A stretch of 63,912 nt of DNA, counting the filler, from Lenisia limosa (Eukaryota > Protista > Breviatea): NCBI GenBank assembly GCA_001655205.1. It is 15 parts of 15 records of this genome, joined end to end, with 100 filler letters (N's around TTAATTAATTAA, not from the genome) between each part and the next. Parts side by side here need not be neighbours in the genome. Positions count along the whole stretch, not along the records: positions 61,251 to 63,912 come from LPNZ01007164.1; 14 more parts are not named here. One strand, written 5' to 3'. This document shows positions 61,500 through 63,912 of the stretch, piece after piece. The position numbers and the translations under genes are program-made. A model generated the notes under the pieces. The model was not told where the DNA came from, searched no databases, and was given only the letters and a program-made list of their open reading frames with translations. How positions within the stretch are numbered: the stretch's first letter is position 1; the number at the start of each line of letters is the position of its first letter.

Positions 61500-62880
61500 A
61501 CTCACTAGCCACTCAACACTCCTGTCAAGCAGATTATGGCCGTTATATTGGCACCTTGTGTTCCGGATCATGTTTGCGGGGGGTGGGGTGTGATCCTATG
61601 TGAGGAGGATGGGGGGGTTAATGACCGTTCTTGATGGTGATATTTGAACATTATTTTCAGAAATATGTGATATCATTGTGGATACTCACGTTATTTAGGT
61701 GATTATCCAATTAAATTTTGTGGAAATTTTAAGAAATTTATGGTGTTTCCAAATGCATCATGGAAATAGCAAGTTGATGTGCCTTGTGAAAAAGTGATAA
61801 GGTGTCATCCTCGTGTTTTATTAGTTCCTATCTCTACATACATGTATATAGTGATAAGGTGTCATCCTCGTGTTTTGTTAGTTCCTATCTCTACATATAC
61901 ATATATTGACCGTTTTTGATGGTGATAATGCGGTTTTTTTTTGTGCTCACACATTCATTCATGTCTACAGTGGCCGGGATAAGTCTTGGCCGATTTTCTA
62001 TGTGATTTCCCAAGGAAAATCTGTCAAGGCTAACCCCGGTCACGGTATATTCTCTAACAATTTCATTTTTGTTCACCCCCCCCCCCCNNNNNNNNNNNNN
62101 NNNNNNNNNNNNNNNNNNNNNNACTCTCCCCCTATTAAGTCGATGCGCCGAAATGAAAAGTAAATTAATGACCGTTACAGGTAGTGATTAAGTTAATGAC
62201 GGCGCACCCAGGGCTTCACGACGTTATATCCTTGGCTTCGAGTAGTGAGTTGGCACTTCGGCTTCAAAGCAGAGTGATTCAGGCTTTTGAGGTTAGAAAA
62301 GGGGGTGAGGGGTTATTGGTAAGGCTTCACTTCGGTTCGAAAAAAGACTGAATTTCTCGATAAATCCTCGAACTATCGATATTTACCGTCTTTTTCGAAC
62401 CAAAGTGAAGCCCTAGTTATAGGATAGAAGGGATTAAGTTATAGTTGAGTCAATAATACACTGTTTGTTTGGGGTGGGGTGCTTGAACAAATAATATGAT
62501 GTTTAGAGGGAGGGTTAATAAAGACGGTTTATAATATGATTTGTCAATAAGGTTATAAAAAATGAAAAATAAGCAAAGAAAACTGTTGCAATTCCTCAAT
62601 GATCTTTTCATCAATCCCTCCACTGCTCACTGCACTCCCCTCCCTCCAGTACGCTGGAGTGATGGGATGCTGCTGAAGCTGCTGACCTGGACTTTTTGTT
62701 TGTTTTGTTGTTCTCATCCCTCGTGTGTTATCAGCCAATAGAGTTGATTTTGGGCTTTATTTCATAATCCCCTCTCGTCACTGCACCCCCCCCCCCTCCA
62801 GAAAACAAACTATCACGATGATATGGACAATCTTCCAGCTGTTGTTGTGAGGGCTGTGGAGTATCAATGTCTGCATAAGG
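61500..62880 (+). CDS. Unidentified multi-exon fragment; last exon weakly RhoGAP-like
   Basis: ccag|KTNYHDDMDNLPAVVVRAVEYQCLHK|gt resembles the RhoGAP P-x-x-V...I-E-Y helix. The other exons are unrecognised. Confidence 0.3.
61968..62045. mobile_element. MITE family A, 78 bp
   Basis: TA|CAGTGGCCGGGATAAGTCTTGGCC...GTCAAGGCTAACCCCGGTCACGG|TA. Confidence 0.82.
62320..62415. mobile_element. MITE family B (hAT-type), best copy, 96 bp with 8-bp TSD
   Basis: gttattgg|TAAGGCTTCACTTCGGTTCGAAAAAAGAC...GTCTTTTTCGAACCAAAGTGAAGCCCTA|gttatagg. The TSD matches 7/8. TAGGG-type termini and an 8-bp TSD are hAT-like. Confidence 0.88.
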
Positions 62881-62956
62881 TGCGTGGTTTATTTTGGGGA
62901 AATTTTTAAGGCCTTGTGTTATTAGATTTACTAGATGTTGTAAGGATCAGTCCTGC

Positions 62957-63052
62957 CAAGGGCTTCACTTCATTTCGAAAGGACCAGAAAAATATCGATA
63001 GTTCTCGAGTAATTTTCGAGAAATTCAGTCTTTTTTTGAACCAAAGTGAACA
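62957..63052. mobile_element. MITE family B copy (opposite interior orientation)
   Basis: aagggcttcacttcatttcgaaa...ttttttgaaccaaagtgaa. Confidence 0.75.
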
Positions 63053-63912
63053 CAGTTATTGAGCTTCATCTCTTGTCAATTGTGTGTCATATAATGTCTC
63101 GGTTACTTTTTGTCCACTTATCGTTTTTGTTCTCATTTACATGCTGCATAATATATTAACTTGATGGTACTGCCGGGTACATATCTTAATAAACAGTATT
63201 TCTGGTTGTTGGAACGCTACTTTTTTTTATTCTTTTTTCTTTAGAGTTTATATTGTATTTGTCATTCATTTTGAGGTTGATTTTTGTTCAGAGGGTGGAT
63301 CCCTCTTTTTTTTTTTTTTTTNNNNNNNNNNNNNNNNNNNNNNNNNNNNNNNNNNNNNNNNNNNNNNNNNNNNNNNNNNNNNNNNNNNNNNNNNNNNNNN
63401 NNNNNNNNNNNNNNNNNNNNNNNNNNNNNNNNNGAATGCACGGACAATATATTGGGATACTAGAAAGTCAACAAACAGAACTACTCCCGCATCCTTAAAT
63501 ATTTTGACAGCTTCGGCTTAAAATAGTCATGGCAAAACTAACTACTGACATCCAATCAAACCGGAGTGTGGTAAAATGAGACTTGTCAGGCCACTTCAGT
63601 TCAGTTCAACATATTTGTGTTGGAAATAAGGCAAACAACCGGCCCGGCACAATATATGATCTGATATATTACTAGATATACTATATGCATACTCGATTGG
63701 TGGCAGTTCATGGGGTCAATATCTTTTCCTTCAAGTGCTGCAAACACAGCTACGATTGCATTTTAGTAAAGCCCGCTTTGATTGGCTGGGATATAATATG
63801 ATATTAGTCCAAGACGAAGCCATGTTATTTCATTTTATTTTTTTTTTTGTTTGGAGTTTCAGATTATTCATTCAGTTCGTGTTAGTACCCCACCACCCAC
63901 TGATGTGTTTTC

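Noticed and set aside
62331-62345. GGTTCGAA in family B, resembling a tRNA T-loop / Pol III B-box
   Set aside because: It is part of the TIR and appears on both arms. There is no cloverleaf or A-box, and the downstream B-box bases do not match.

Overview
Eukaryotic, intron-rich draft sequence in the standard genetic code. It is about 15 unrelated small scaffolds joined by 14 artificial ~100-bp spacers (N-run + TTAATTAATTAA + N-run), so genes on opposite sides of a spacer are not real neighbours. By manual splicing I recognise a 12-TM-type guanylyl cyclase with transposed catalytic domains (Dictyostelium GCA / alveolate type), Aquarius (AQR), lipin, SRP68, a PPPDE/DESI peptidase, an F-BAR protein with a long E/K/R single-alpha-helix-like N-terminus, a BAR-like + RhoGAP protein, an ankyrin-repeat protein, a histidine phosphatase, a GPI-anchored-like Cys-repeat surface protein and several unidentified multi-exon genes. 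The gene set fits a heterotrophic protist, possibly amoebozoan (inference only). The non-coding DNA is the most unusual part. (1) Two dispersed repeat families lie in sense orientation in introns and end at the acceptor AG, like introners. (2) Many introns have G-runs after the donor GT and C-runs before the acceptor AG, and most assembly gaps sit at these runs. (3) Short tandem duplications repeatedly copy donor or acceptor sites. (4) There are abundant very small Tc1-type (78 bp, TA TSD) and hAT-type (~96 bp, 8-bp TSD) MITEs. I found no rRNA, tRNA, CRISPR array or autonomous transposase. Exon boundaries are manual predictions and no database searches were run.
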